Source: a virus
Taxonomy: Duplodnaviria > Caudoviricetes
Reading direction: 5' to 3' (one strand)
DNA: 64,000 nt
Virus record (IMG/VR): IMGVR_UViG_3300032244_000667
Location: 3,839 to 67,838 of that record
A program made the translations under genes and the position numbers. Positions 11,401-19,710 of the stretch are shown here, one piece after another (the first letter of the stretch is position 1; each line of letters starts with the position of its first letter). The notes below the pieces were generated by a model, which saw nothing but the letters and a program-made list of their open reading frames with translations, made no database searches and was not told the DNA's origin.

Positions 11401-11509
11401 ATCTAGTATCGGTCTCTCTCTTTCCTGCCTGTGCCCTTAAATAATCAACCAACGACCTATCCGTAAAAGTATTTACCAGATTAGGTGTCCGGTCTATGCG
11501 GGTTGCCAC
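8399..11509 (-). CDS. Virion structural protein with PA14-like carbohydrate-binding domain
   Basis: 1036 aa; YNWGIRWDGYLLITPGSYVFTVQTNVNIRIDL is PA14-like; GTG start 35 nt downstream of a minus-strand late motif. Confidence 0.6.
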   Translation of the reverse strand: MATRIDRTPNLVNTFTDRSLVDYLRAQAGKRETDTRFLGLKRSNALSDVSDNFKTLNNLLSKINVLDVAEKTLYGRDYNADDWAITRNFLEGGINSSFLSPLSGLGRSTRPRIRIEDRLSFVDSFYGKGSIQGFHSGPDAQFYIDKGPVDIGRIRFTFDSSTSVVTVAALLGPDGVTPIAASSILGGRSAVVIGLDSYTVTGGQKLSISGSDVTLLLESPGSWTVNSGLSNLLAIRQIVGSGVFVNSIFTMSRPISVINKPKWFTDNPGSTGVTNPGGPDDSVTTTSPRLLTSRGGLILPLIQRNYWYTKSYIESRWDPYPNARTQIGESERSIVQDSNMRWRENPLPLRGEQYNWGIRWDGYLLITPGSYVFTVQTNVNIRIDLDVAGNSASWLTVFDTDTAATRGPSDSYVASGSFNTSGLAGKYKLLTGAGANDWVGYVPITIRLFRGGSDRVDSTASIPAEPNLFINTLELSGTKTYYGSDWDVTLSGSNGAWSVSSLQLTGIISILQDVNASVKYELVEFNGGALSPAVVISLATNGTIVTSTTTGLVAGPYVLRVSPVVSESPTPMWSGRIASPGPEHKNYSDLTDGSYIPDFRRAPLDSKPDWWKISEGSPYNLGQTPSLENTPIDGFLKNSFRGILNSEAIGVGLYGNGSGVFSSIPNIILGESRYSSGQPRGSNYIGLLLKPNRLGEGGKLIVNALPVNNSIGSDATLLGVNDLGGSPNHLTAAAANLTPRSAQLYLWTNPTVPSTGLNNKYYTVSNLGTVAASNDPTLYGLPAFSSPAWLSPVTVTCTRVANDSGFTTGVAGFVAPLTLSVEKVVVSGFNLLAFTTTLASVLTGGAEVASFSGKFVEFYTESDLAFQYAKVDMGEGVSFGDVLKLTYSTGTLSPSLSEIPGPPADRVTPFGFDKPEFSRGICYPPYATSNPLLTGVAQSDNELATGSIGNHDVIWGNPGQSALGGHVLRITEKLEFFGLDAITVLSSPVTLNLNSYSHRFRIDTLLNPSLDEDVLEYIGSGEKAKDSYFCFVNLNS

Positions 11510-11535
11510 GTTACGACTGATTGCTGTTCTATAGG

Positions 11536-11544
11536 GCTTTCAAC
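11536..11544 (-). promoter_or_regulatory. Putative late promoter element GTTGAAAGC (drives gene starting 11509)
   Basis: GCTTTCAAC on + strand; 35 nt to start; divergent partner at 11554. Confidence 0.8.
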
Positions 11545-11553
11545 GACAAACCG

Positions 11554-11562
11554 GTTGAAAGC
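11554..11562 (+). promoter_or_regulatory. Putative late promoter element GTTGAAAGC
   Basis: Exact motif 35 nt upstream of ATG 11589. Confidence 0.8.
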
Positions 11563-11588
11563 AATACAGGTAGTAAAGATCTGGTACT

Positions 11589-11843
11589 ATGGCACAAAAA
11601 TTACTTAAAGCGACCGAGAGCACGGCGTTCCTAGTGGGACAAATCATATTCTGCGTGGCCTTTCTGTCATCTTGTGAAATTCCAAACTGGGTATATGGGC
11701 CACGATCCCCGAATGAGTGTGTAGACCGGTGGATGTTCTCGACAGGGCTGTTCGTACCCTCCGGCCTACAGAACGGGCTAGGGAACAGCTCCCCAACCCG
11801 GACCAAACGCCCTACCCCTCATACAGATCCCGATACGATTTAA
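11589..11843 (+). CDS. Small putative lipoprotein
   Basis: Basic N-terminus, hydrophobic stretch, lipobox-like LSSC; Pro-rich mature part; late motif at the standard 35 nt spacing supports the ORF. Confidence 0.55.
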   Translation: MAQKLLKATESTAFLVGQIIFCVAFLSSCEIPNWVYGPRSPNECVDRWMFSTGLFVPSGLQNGLGNSSPTRTKRPTPHTDPDTI

Positions 11844-12564
11844 TCACCTCCCGGACGAATTCCGAACGGACGATATCGTCCATACCGAATTCTACGCATC
11901 CGACAAAATCCTCCATGTGGGCGAGTCTGGACCTTGCATCGGACAGGCCATCCTTCCCGTACCTGTTAGCCAAATCCCTCTGGATGACATCACCAAGCAG
12001 GGCGATAGTGCTGTGGTCTCCGAGGCGGGATAGAATGGTGAGTACCGAATGGCTGGTGGCATTCTGCATCTCGTCAGCGATAATCATGCAGCGGTGCAGG
12101 GAGCGTCCTCGTAGGTGTTCGATGGGCAGAAACTCGATAATCTTCTTATCGATCAGGTAATCGGCTTTCCCCTTGGCCATAAACACACTCAACGCATCGC
12201 GCAGTGACGCTACATGTGGCTCGAGCTTCTCCATCTCCGAACCGGGCAAATACCCGATCCCTTTCTCCCCAGGAGTATCGACAATCGGCTTAATGTAGTA
12301 GATCTTGTCGATCTGCCGCTTTTGTAATTTCTCACACGCGATAAACACCGACAAGAGGGTTTTGGCGGTACCTGGAGGTCCGGTCAAGACCGTCAGCGTT
12401 TTATTCCGTAAGTGGTCCAGAGCCTCTCTCTGACTCTCGTTCATCGGGTGAATAGTGCGGACACCATCCCCTTTGCTAGCTGGGAGCCCGTACGCGATCT
12501 CGTCGTATCCTGGTACCGAAGCCTCTGTCACTTTGTCCTTGCGAGTCCTTGCTGCTCGAGCCAT
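11812..12564 (-). CDS. phoH: PhoH-family ATPase
   Basis: GPPGTAKT Walker A, LGYLPG-like GIGYLPG, RGRSL, IIADEMQN, GDVIQRDL, DIVRSEFV. Confidence 0.95.
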   Translation of the reverse strand: MARAARTRKDKVTEASVPGYDEIAYGLPASKGDGVRTIHPMNESQREALDHLRNKTLTVLTGPPGTAKTLLSVFIACEKLQKRQIDKIYYIKPIVDTPGEKGIGYLPGSEMEKLEPHVASLRDALSVFMAKGKADYLIDKKIIEFLPIEHLRGRSLHRCMIIADEMQNATSHSVLTILSRLGDHSTIALLGDVIQRDLANRYGKDGLSDARSRLAHMEDFVGCVEFGMDDIVRSEFVREVIKSYRDLYEG

Positions 12565-12702
12565 TCGGGTTAGTGGTTACGAAAAACCGGACGGCAACAC
12601 ACAACGTGCATTACAGTCCGGCGGGAGAGTTGGATTGCTTTTGGGTCAAAGGTGTGTCCTCATCCCTTACTGAGCTTTCACCAGTTGAACCCATATTGGG
12701 GG

Positions 12703-12864
12703 TTACAGGAATTCTGCTGTGCTTAAGGGTACGAGCTCGTATATCTTATCACCAACCGTAATCACATTGGGATTCTGGTCCCCCACCAAAGCACTCTGTA
12801 ATTGCTTTCTGGCAGCAGGGTCCCGAAGGACTTCTTTGATTTTCTCCGTTAATTCGACTTTCAT
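12703..12864 (-). CDS. Small hypothetical protein (53 aa)
   Basis: MKVELTEKIKEVLRDPAARKQL...; ATG at 12864 just downstream of the kinase gene. Confidence 0.5.
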   Translation of the reverse strand: MKVELTEKIKEVLRDPAARKQLQSALVGDQNPNVITVGDKIYELVPLSTAEFL

Positions 12865-12877
12865 GATACGTAGTATT

Positions 12878-13465
12878 TCACCCGAACAATTGTATTCCAG
12901 ACATCTCAAGGCAGATTTCACTCCGGCACAAGTGTCCTGGCAACCTGTAAATATCATCCTTGCTAATTAATGTTGTTTTTCGTACATAAGCCTCCAAATG
13001 TTCATAGTATTTCTCATGCTCAATGCGGCGCTTTTGAACCTGCTGAGCGATCCAGTAACCAGTACAGTCCGGGTGTAATTGTCTTACCTCCTCCTCATGC
13101 CTCTCCCTAATTAGCATATTCCACTCGTGCTCTATAATCACCATGCTCACTCTCTCCGACATCTCCAGCAGCATCGATTCGGGCTCATGCGCGATGTACT
13201 TGGGGACAGGGGGTAACTGGTACCGGTATGGCTCGTAGAACAGTGTGTCCGGTACGAACCTGTCAAGGATGAGATAATCAACCGTGGTGTCAATACCCGA
13301 CAACGTGTCCGTGAACTGCTGAACCGGACTGTGGTGTTTAGGACTCACACCACCAAAATGGCACACGGTCACTGAGTGACCCCTGCCCTCAAGATCCTCT
13401 CGAGAGTTCCGTATGGCGGTTGTTTTACCCACCCGATCCGCTCCCAACACAATTACAGATTCCAT
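12878..13465 (-). CDS. Deoxynucleoside monophosphate (thymidylate-like) kinase
   Basis: N-terminal P-loop VLGADRVGKTT and LILDRF motif of the dTMP kinase family; ATG at 13465 preferred over the longer track start. Confidence 0.7.
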   Translation of the reverse strand: MESVIVLGADRVGKTTAIRNSREDLEGRGHSVTVCHFGGVSPKHHSPVQQFTDTLSGIDTTVDYLILDRFVPDTLFYEPYRYQLPPVPKYIAHEPESMLLEMSERVSMVIIEHEWNMLIRERHEEEVRQLHPDCTGYWIAQQVQKRRIEHEKYYEHLEAYVRKTTLISKDDIYRLPGHLCRSEICLEMSGIQLFG

Positions 13466-13509
13466 GACAACACCGGCAACACCCTCCAACCCTAGCACGG
13501 ATCCGGCTC

Positions 13510-13518
13510 GTTGAAAGC
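13510..13518 (+). promoter_or_regulatory. Putative late promoter element GTTGAAAGC
   Basis: Exact motif 35 nt upstream of ATG 13545. Confidence 0.8.
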
Positions 13519-13544
13519 CATATATACGAGATAGCTAAACCGCC

Positions 13545-13874
13545 ATGACCGTCCCTCTCGTCCGCTGGGGAACCCGTTTTACCGCCAACACTCTGCGCCG
13601 CCAACAGTACGTACAGAGCCTGTACGATAACGACGAGACGGCCGCAAAACGTGGCGAACTGTTCCTCAATGAGGTTCATGAGGAGCTGTACTATGTGGGG
13701 TTGGACGGTATTGCGAAGACTGTAAATGGCACGGGGCCCATCCCATTTGGCCGTATCGACTTCACGGGCTTGCGGAACTTTGCCGACGACGCCGCTGCCG
13801 CTGCCGCCACCCCGGTCGTCCCGGTAGGTGGAATGTATCGCACAGGGAGCATTTTGAAAGTCAGAGTGGTATAG
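13545..13874 (+). CDS. Small virion protein, tail-fibre N-terminal-like motif
   Basis: GELFLNEVHEELYY resembles tail-fibre/Mtd N-terminal GEL motifs; late motif upstream. Confidence 0.5.
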   Translation: MTVPLVRWGTRFTANTLRRQQYVQSLYDNDETAAKRGELFLNEVHEELYYVGLDGIAKTVNGTGPIPFGRIDFTGLRNFADDAAAAAATPVVPVGGMYRTGSILKVRVV

Positions 13875-13880
13875 GGACCC

Positions 13881-13889
13881 GTTGAAAGC
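13881..13889 (+). promoter_or_regulatory. Putative late promoter element GTTGAAAGC
   Basis: Exact motif 53 nt upstream of ATG 13934. Confidence 0.75.
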
Positions 13890-13933
13890 TATATGAGAAT
13901 CATTGTTTTCGGGGGCTATTCCCCACACCCGTC

Positions 13934-14701
13934 ATGTCAGTAACCACCCTAAAGCGCCTAATCGGCATCGAGTACAGCTATAAGCTCGAGCTCCAGAACT
14001 GGTTTGCCACCATCCTAGCCGACGAGTTGCTGGTCGGCTGGTCGTCTGGTGCTAACACCCCAGCCGCCCGCACCGCTCTCCGGAATAAATTCGTAGCCTG
14101 CGGCCCGAGTATGGGTTTCTCGGCCAAACAGTTCGCCTACGGTATCCTCGAGCTGGTGATCGACGCGTTGGTCAATAATGTCGATGTGCCCACCGACCCG
14201 TACGTCAACTCCCTCAACTCCCAGCTTGTCAATGTCACCCGGTACGTCGGCATGGAGGGCGATGGTGACTACAATTTCATGGTGGCCGTCTACAACCTTA
14301 GCGTCACCCTAAACTCGATCTTCACCAACGTGGCGTCGATCAACAACGCTCCAGCAGGTACGAACAAGACCATTACGATGGTACGGAGTACTGTCTATAC
14401 ATTCGCTGCTGCCGACTTTGGCTTTACCGATCCCCTCGATAATCCGGCCGACGACCTTCTCGCCGTAAAGATTACCACCCTGCCCGCAGCCGGCACCTTG
14501 AAACTAGTTTCTACTAACGTTGTTGCTGGAAACTCCATTCCTCTCGCTAGCATCGGATCACTCAACTACACCCCGGTCGCTGCTGCGTTTGGCTCCCCTT
14601 ACTCCACGTTTACGTTCCAGGTACAGGATGACGGTGGTACGGCGGGTGGCGGTGTCGATCTAGACGCTACCCCCAACACCATCACATTTAACGTAACCTG
14701 A
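13934..14701 (+). CDS. Virion decoration protein with C-terminal cadherin/Ig-like domain
   Basis: NNAPAGTNKT...FTFAAADFGF-like...VKITTLPAAGTLKL...FTFQVQDDGGTAGGGVDLD..NTITFNV matches tandem cadherin-like repeats of bacterial adhesins. Confidence 0.7.
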   Translation: MSVTTLKRLIGIEYSYKLELQNWFATILADELLVGWSSGANTPAARTALRNKFVACGPSMGFSAKQFAYGILELVIDALVNNVDVPTDPYVNSLNSQLVNVTRYVGMEGDGDYNFMVAVYNLSVTLNSIFTNVASINNAPAGTNKTITMVRSTVYTFAAADFGFTDPLDNPADDLLAVKITTLPAAGTLKLVSTNVVAGNSIPLASIGSLNYTPVAAAFGSPYSTFTFQVQDDGGTAGGGVDLDATPNTITFNVT

Positions 14702-14709
14702 GACACGGT

Positions 14710-17700
14710 GTGAATGGACTATACCGCTGCCGGTGTGTTATAGGGTATAGGCCTTACGCCAGCGACCGACTAATCGTATTCAGCGAAAAGCAGGTAGTAA
14801 GTGTTAGCGTCAACCTAAAATGGGATGCGAACAATATCACCCGGAACATGGATGGCAATACTGAAGCCGGACAGTACGCTAACGCATTGACAGGTTCAAC
14901 AGCAAGTGTCACGCTGTCCGACCCCTATATGACAGGGATAGCCTGGGCAGCCCTGTTCGATTCGGCCGCCGCGTACGGCAACTCTACCCAAGCGGCATGG
15001 AACAGTATCATGCTGCCGCCGTGCGGTGAGGGGGAAAATGAGGCGTCGGGCAAGTGCCGCAAATACCTCGAAATCGACGACCCGATGTTGCGCAAGGCGG
15101 GATTCGGCGACTTCGCCCACATCCTGATTAAGTTTTACTATGATGTGGCAGGGACAAAATTCGCCCTCGACACCTATTTCCGGCTGCAGAATTTTTCGAT
15201 CCAGCATGGGAGTACCTACCCGCAAGTCTCATTGCAGGGGGTAAACCCGCAAACCGTCGTATTCAACCAGTCACTGGTTAACTTCCAGCTTGAGGAGAAC
15301 AAAACGCTGGAGGAAAACCTTACCAAGATTGTTAACGACTACGGGTATGAGGTGTCGTTCTGTACCGATCCGGAACAAAAAGAGACCAAGCGGTACTTGA
15401 TGCCCAAGGCGTTCAAAGAGAAGAGTGTTACGGCGTCTGAGGTATTGAAAAAGTACCTGGATAGTGTAGGGGGTACGATGCAGTCTTTGCCTACTCGCGA
15501 ATATGCCAAGAAGATCTCTCTGTGTACCCGGGCCAACCTGAATCAGGGCTGTTCGGTCTTTTATCTGGGCAAAGGACTATACGAGAACTACACGATTACC
15601 GGAAACGTCGACCCGAATATCTGGAACCTGAACGCCGAATATAGTATCGAGCGCGGACTAGGGTATAACTACTCCGATGTGCCGTTGAGGGATGGGGAGA
15701 ACTACACCCTACACCTGATCCGGTCCAAGGAACGGGAAGAGAAGCTCCGCAACGCAAACAAAGTGGCGACGTTTGGTTCGGAACAATTTGCGGTATACAA
15801 CAACCGCTACTCGAACAAACTGAGTACTAGCGGTTATATCTGGCGCGGTCAGAGTTCAGAGATCACCACCCAACGGAAACAGAACACCAATATGTATGGT
15901 ATAGGGGTTAACGGCAACACCCCCAAGGCGATGCTGGACGGTACGGTTATCACTCCCCCCAACGAGGCGGGCAGGGTTGTCATCGCCACCAACTACTTCC
16001 TCCGATATTGTAATCGTGCCGACCCGAAGGTGTGCTGGAACACCGCCATCATGCAGGAGTCGGTAAACCTGACCACTATTGCTGAGGGGCTGAAGGCGAG
16101 CTCAAAGGTCAAGATAGGTGATGTGATTGGGACGGCGACTAACGATAGGCCGGAGTTCATCCGGTTCTATGTTGGGGGAAATGGCTCGAGGGGTCGTGAA
16201 GTGACAATTGATCCGATGCTGGTGTGGAAGTATGCTATTCCGGTGGAGAAGCTCACGGAGGAGGAGAAGAAGAGGATCGGGTTGGAAAGTACGGCCGATA
16301 CTCCCAGTGCCCCTAAACAGTCCTCTCTACCCACCGGATCTGGTCCTGGTACAACTATAGGCCGAGTTGGTGATACTGGTCGTAGTGGTGGACCCCATCT
16401 ACATGCTGAGCGTATCCCCCCGGGTCCAATAACAGCCAAAGATCTTGACGGCATTATATCTATTGGCGGTAAATCTCCATCTTCATGGACAACTACGTCT
16501 ACGTTTGGAGCAAAAGAGTCTTTTCGCCGTAGTGCACACGAGGGTGTTGATTTAGCTGGAGGAGATATTAATAACCAGCCAATCGAGCTGCTCAATGGAT
16601 CAGTAATAGGTAAATCAGATAAATGTAAAGAGGGTGACAGAGGGTGTGAAGGGGGATTTGGAAATTTTGTTGACATAGATACACCGGGTGGTAAAATACG
16701 CTTAGCCCACTTGTCCCCAGGATCTACTTCTGGTGTAACCACCGGGACCCAGATCGGTACTGGATCGAAGGTCGGTACAGGGGTCCAGACCGCTCCGACA
16801 TCGCTTGGGGCCGAGCTCACCACCTCCTTCCGGGGTATCCCCAGGGCGTTGCGGATCGTACCGGGCCGGACCATACTATCGTTTGTCACCAAGTACGATG
16901 AGTGGGTGGAGCAAGGCCGACCGGCCAGTATCGACCCGGGCGTATGGATAGCTGGGAGATTTTCGCGCTGGTTCGTGAAAGACGTTAACTACCAGTGGGG
17001 TCAGGGAGACCTGCGCGTATCGGTATCTGGTATCACCGACTGGGGTAATATCACATCGCGGTTGAATACACCGACTTTTGAAGAGTATATGGCCGCTTTT
17101 CAGAAATCCGGAGACTTCACCGAAAAAACCACAGACTACTACGGGTACATCCGGTCGGCTGGAGATTTGTGCTGGATGCTGAAGGATGGGAAAACGTCCT
17201 GCGAAGTCTTTTGTGCAGATGCTCAGCAGTTTCAGAACTACCTGAGGGCGGGCCAGGACCAGGCCGATCCATCCGTTGGGGGTAACTTCCCTAATGCTCA
17301 ATGTACTTATGAGGGGGATTACCTGAAGTCTGCTGCACCAGCCATGAATCAGGTCATGGGGGCGTTGAGATCCGTTGGGATAAATACAAAAAACGCTTAC
17401 GCTGGGGTGTTAGGAAACTTCCAAATCGAGTCGGGCATACGAGCCAATAGACACAACCTTCCCGACCCTGGCACTGGGTGCAGTGGGTCTCCAGGTTACG
17501 GGATTGCCCAGTGGTGTTTTACTAGGCAAAACGCTATCCGGAAATTCTGCGGGAACCAAAGCACACTGGATTGCGAGCTACGGTTTATGGTTAAGGAGAT
17601 CCAGGAAGGTAGAGACGTAAACCCAGGAGTTGTGGCTGCTATGAACAGTGCTAAAACCCCTGAAGAGGCCGCTTCATTATGGAATGAATACTACGAGAGG

Positions 17701-17781
17701 GGGTCCGGTAAAGTACCAGAGAGGTCTCAGGAAGCTGCTAAAATAGCTCCGGGACTGAAATGCGCGAAAGTTAATCCCTAA
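14710..17781 (+). CDS. Baseplate hub / tail-associated lysin (gpD-like hub + M23 peptidase + tail lysozyme)
   Basis: N-terminal hub-like region; GDTGRSGGPHLH, HEGVDL, GFGN, LAHL (M23); C-terminal AGVLGNFQIESG..GYGIAQW..TPEEAASLWNEYYER (phage tail lysozyme). Confidence 0.75.
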   Translation: MNGLYRCRCVIGYRPYASDRLIVFSEKQVVSVSVNLKWDANNITRNMDGNTEAGQYANALTGSTASVTLSDPYMTGIAWAALFDSAAAYGNSTQAAWNSIMLPPCGEGENEASGKCRKYLEIDDPMLRKAGFGDFAHILIKFYYDVAGTKFALDTYFRLQNFSIQHGSTYPQVSLQGVNPQTVVFNQSLVNFQLEENKTLEENLTKIVNDYGYEVSFCTDPEQKETKRYLMPKAFKEKSVTASEVLKKYLDSVGGTMQSLPTREYAKKISLCTRANLNQGCSVFYLGKGLYENYTITGNVDPNIWNLNAEYSIERGLGYNYSDVPLRDGENYTLHLIRSKEREEKLRNANKVATFGSEQFAVYNNRYSNKLSTSGYIWRGQSSEITTQRKQNTNMYGIGVNGNTPKAMLDGTVITPPNEAGRVVIATNYFLRYCNRADPKVCWNTAIMQESVNLTTIAEGLKASSKVKIGDVIGTATNDRPEFIRFYVGGNGSRGREVTIDPMLVWKYAIPVEKLTEEEKKRIGLESTADTPSAPKQSSLPTGSGPGTTIGRVGDTGRSGGPHLHAERIPPGPITAKDLDGIISIGGKSPSSWTTTSTFGAKESFRRSAHEGVDLAGGDINNQPIELLNGSVIGKSDKCKEGDRGCEGGFGNFVDIDTPGGKIRLAHLSPGSTSGVTTGTQIGTGSKVGTGVQTAPTSLGAELTTSFRGIPRALRIVPGRTILSFVTKYDEWVEQGRPASIDPGVWIAGRFSRWFVKDVNYQWGQGDLRVSVSGITDWGNITSRLNTPTFEEYMAAFQKSGDFTEKTTDYYGYIRSAGDLCWMLKDGKTSCEVFCADAQQFQNYLRAGQDQADPSVGGNFPNAQCTYEGDYLKSAAPAMNQVMGALRSVGINTKNAYAGVLGNFQIESGIRANRHNLPDPGTGCSGSPGYGIAQWCFTRQNAIRKFCGNQSTLDCELRFMVKEIQEGRDVNPGVVAAMNSAKTPEEAASLWNEYYERGSGKVPERSQEAAKIAPGLKCAKVNP

Positions 17782-17787
17782 CCCACC

Positions 17788-18336
17788 ATGCTACTCATCA
17801 AGTCCATCCTCGGCCTGTTCATGCGCGACGTCATCGAGGACTCGATACGTGGTGTAGTCAAACGAGAAGCAGTAGCACAACTGTCCGAATCGGTACGGGC
17901 TGAATTTCTGCGGACCGTAGCGGAGGGCTACACTCGCGAAGTCACCCACAACATCGGACAATACGTCCGCTCGGTAGAGGCAATGTCCGTGGTGGTGTCG
18001 AGCGACAACACTGGGGAACGGCTGTACACCGCCTTACAGAGTTCGCTGAAAAAACTCGAGGTCGAGCTAGAACGGCAGGGCCCAGACTCCGCAGTAGTGA
18101 AATACCTGCAGGAGAAGTACGGGGTACGGGACTACCGGTCTAATGCTTACTCCCTGGTGGGACTGCAACAACGACCAGTGTACTCAATGCTTTCGGGTTA
18201 CTCCGAATCCAACCAGTCCGATCAGCCCTGGCTCAACCGTGCACTGGCCGACTCCCCTGAGATCGGGGAGATCCTGGCCACCGAAGCATCAAGGATCTTC
18301 GACCGGCTGTTCAGCGACTCTACCAAAATATCGTGA
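17788..18336 (+). CDS. Hypothetical protein, probably structural
   Basis: 182 aa helical ORF 6 nt after the hub gene in the same operon. Confidence 0.55.
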   Translation: MLLIKSILGLFMRDVIEDSIRGVVKREAVAQLSESVRAEFLRTVAEGYTREVTHNIGQYVRSVEAMSVVVSSDNTGERLYTALQSSLKKLEVELERQGPDSAVVKYLQEKYGVRDYRSNAYSLVGLQQRPVYSMLSGYSESNQSDQPWLNRALADSPEIGEILATEASRIFDRLFSDSTKIS

Positions 18337-19011
18337 CCCCTTAGAGGTATTTTCTGCCGCATCCAGAACCTGGAACTCCGCATGCAGGGCATGGTAATCG
18401 AACCACGACTCAGCCATTTCGACCGACTCCAGCCGGCATACCGCTCCCTTGCATTTCACCGCTATCGTTTCAAGATCCAACCCACTCTCCCTGCACCATT
18501 CTTCCACTAGACGTATAAACGGATATACATGATCGACGTGATACGGCCCGAAAATAGGGCGGCCGGTCAACGAAGACTTTATGACCGATTTGCCCGCAAA
18601 CCTTCTCCGGTATTCCCTAATCTGCGGATCGATAACATCGCGTAGAGCCCGCAACACATCCCGGCGATTTACTTTCCCCTGATCGGGTATGTTGGTGCTG
18701 GGGAACATCGCCCGGACGACTACCTGCTTGCCAACCCATACCTCGTGTCCGGAGTTCGGGGTGACAAGCACAATACCCCTGACCCGCTTCCCGTTAAACG
18801 ACCTCTGCACAACCCGGAACTGCACTTGCCCCCGGTCCATAATCCGGGCGAATCGCGAAATCCGCCGCAGAACATCCGATATGAACAATGAGTCATCGGG
18901 TGACACGGTCAGACCGATTTCGTACCCAGAGACGACCGCTGACCATTTGGCCCCAAACCCCTTCTTGTTGTACTGGACCCCAGCTACTTCTACGTATCTT
19001 CTGACGGACAT
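18289..19011 (-). CDS. Putative HNH-type nuclease (possibly DUF3223/DCL-like N-terminus)
   Basis: SSLTGRPI..YHVDHVYPF..WFDYH...LDAAENTSKG His/Asn pattern. Confidence 0.5.
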   Translation of the reverse strand: MSVRRYVEVAGVQYNKKGFGAKWSAVVSGYEIGLTVSPDDSLFISDVLRRISRFARIMDRGQVQFRVVQRSFNGKRVRGIVLVTPNSGHEVWVGKQVVVRAMFPSTNIPDQGKVNRRDVLRALRDVIDPQIREYRRRFAGKSVIKSSLTGRPIFGPYHVDHVYPFIRLVEEWCRESGLDLETIAVKCKGAVCRLESVEMAESWFDYHALHAEFQVLDAAENTSKGSRYFGRVAEQPVEDP

Positions 19012-19709
19012 TCCGATTCACCTAGTATATACCCCATCAACCCGCTAGTTTTTTCCCGCATCCGGTCGGGTGAGTTGATTCCCGGGTATTTGCGGAAAAT
19101 TGTTGAGTTTGCCCGTTTGTCAACATACGTATCGGACAAAAACTCTATATCGGTATCGGGAAGGGAAAACAACCTGTCTACGACATCCCGATAGTCATCT
19201 AGCATCCGATCTAGGTTATCCTCATTCAGATCGAGGCTATCCACGGGCATCTCCGTATCCTCGTTAATTTCTAGGAACGTAGTTTGGTACGCGGCCCGGG
19301 TCTCAGTTACCATAGATAATGGTATATCTGTCAACTTAGCCAACTCCTTATCCGACATATTGGGGTCGGATCCAATATGTTTCCTGATCCGCATATAGCA
19401 GTCTGCGTATGTGCGTGGGATCCGGATCATCCGGGAGTGATCACGGAGGTAGTTGAGCACCTGGAAGGTGAGTGAGCGATTCAGCCACGTACTAAAATTG
19501 GCCTTACTTGGGTCCCACTTGTCGTACAGCTTGACCATAGCCTCAAGGGCCACAGATCTTAGATCGTCAAACGGCAACCCGCTGAATTGTGCGACCTTTC
19601 TGGCGGTGTGGCCGGCCTTCCACATGTTCTCCCGAATGTGCTTGTCCCGGGTCCGTTCGTACTCCGACCTATGCACACCCTTAAGCGGTTCTAGTTCTAC
19701 AGGTCTCAT
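18990..19709 (-). CDS. RNA polymerase sigma factor (sigma70 family, SigF/SigB-like group 3)
   Basis: Region 2 DDLRSVALEAMVKLYDKWDPSKANFSTWL and region 3 start YLRDHSRMIRIPR; region 4 poorly conserved. Confidence 0.9.
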   Translation of the reverse strand: MRPVELEPLKGVHRSEYERTRDKHIRENMWKAGHTARKVAQFSGLPFDDLRSVALEAMVKLYDKWDPSKANFSTWLNRSLTFQVLNYLRDHSRMIRIPRTYADCYMRIRKHIGSDPNMSDKELAKLTDIPLSMVTETRAAYQTTFLEINEDTEMPVDSLDLNEDNLDRMLDDYRDVVDRLFSLPDTDIEFLSDTYVDKRANSTIFRKYPGINSPDRMREKTSGLMGYILGESECPSEDT

Positions 19710-19710
19710 G

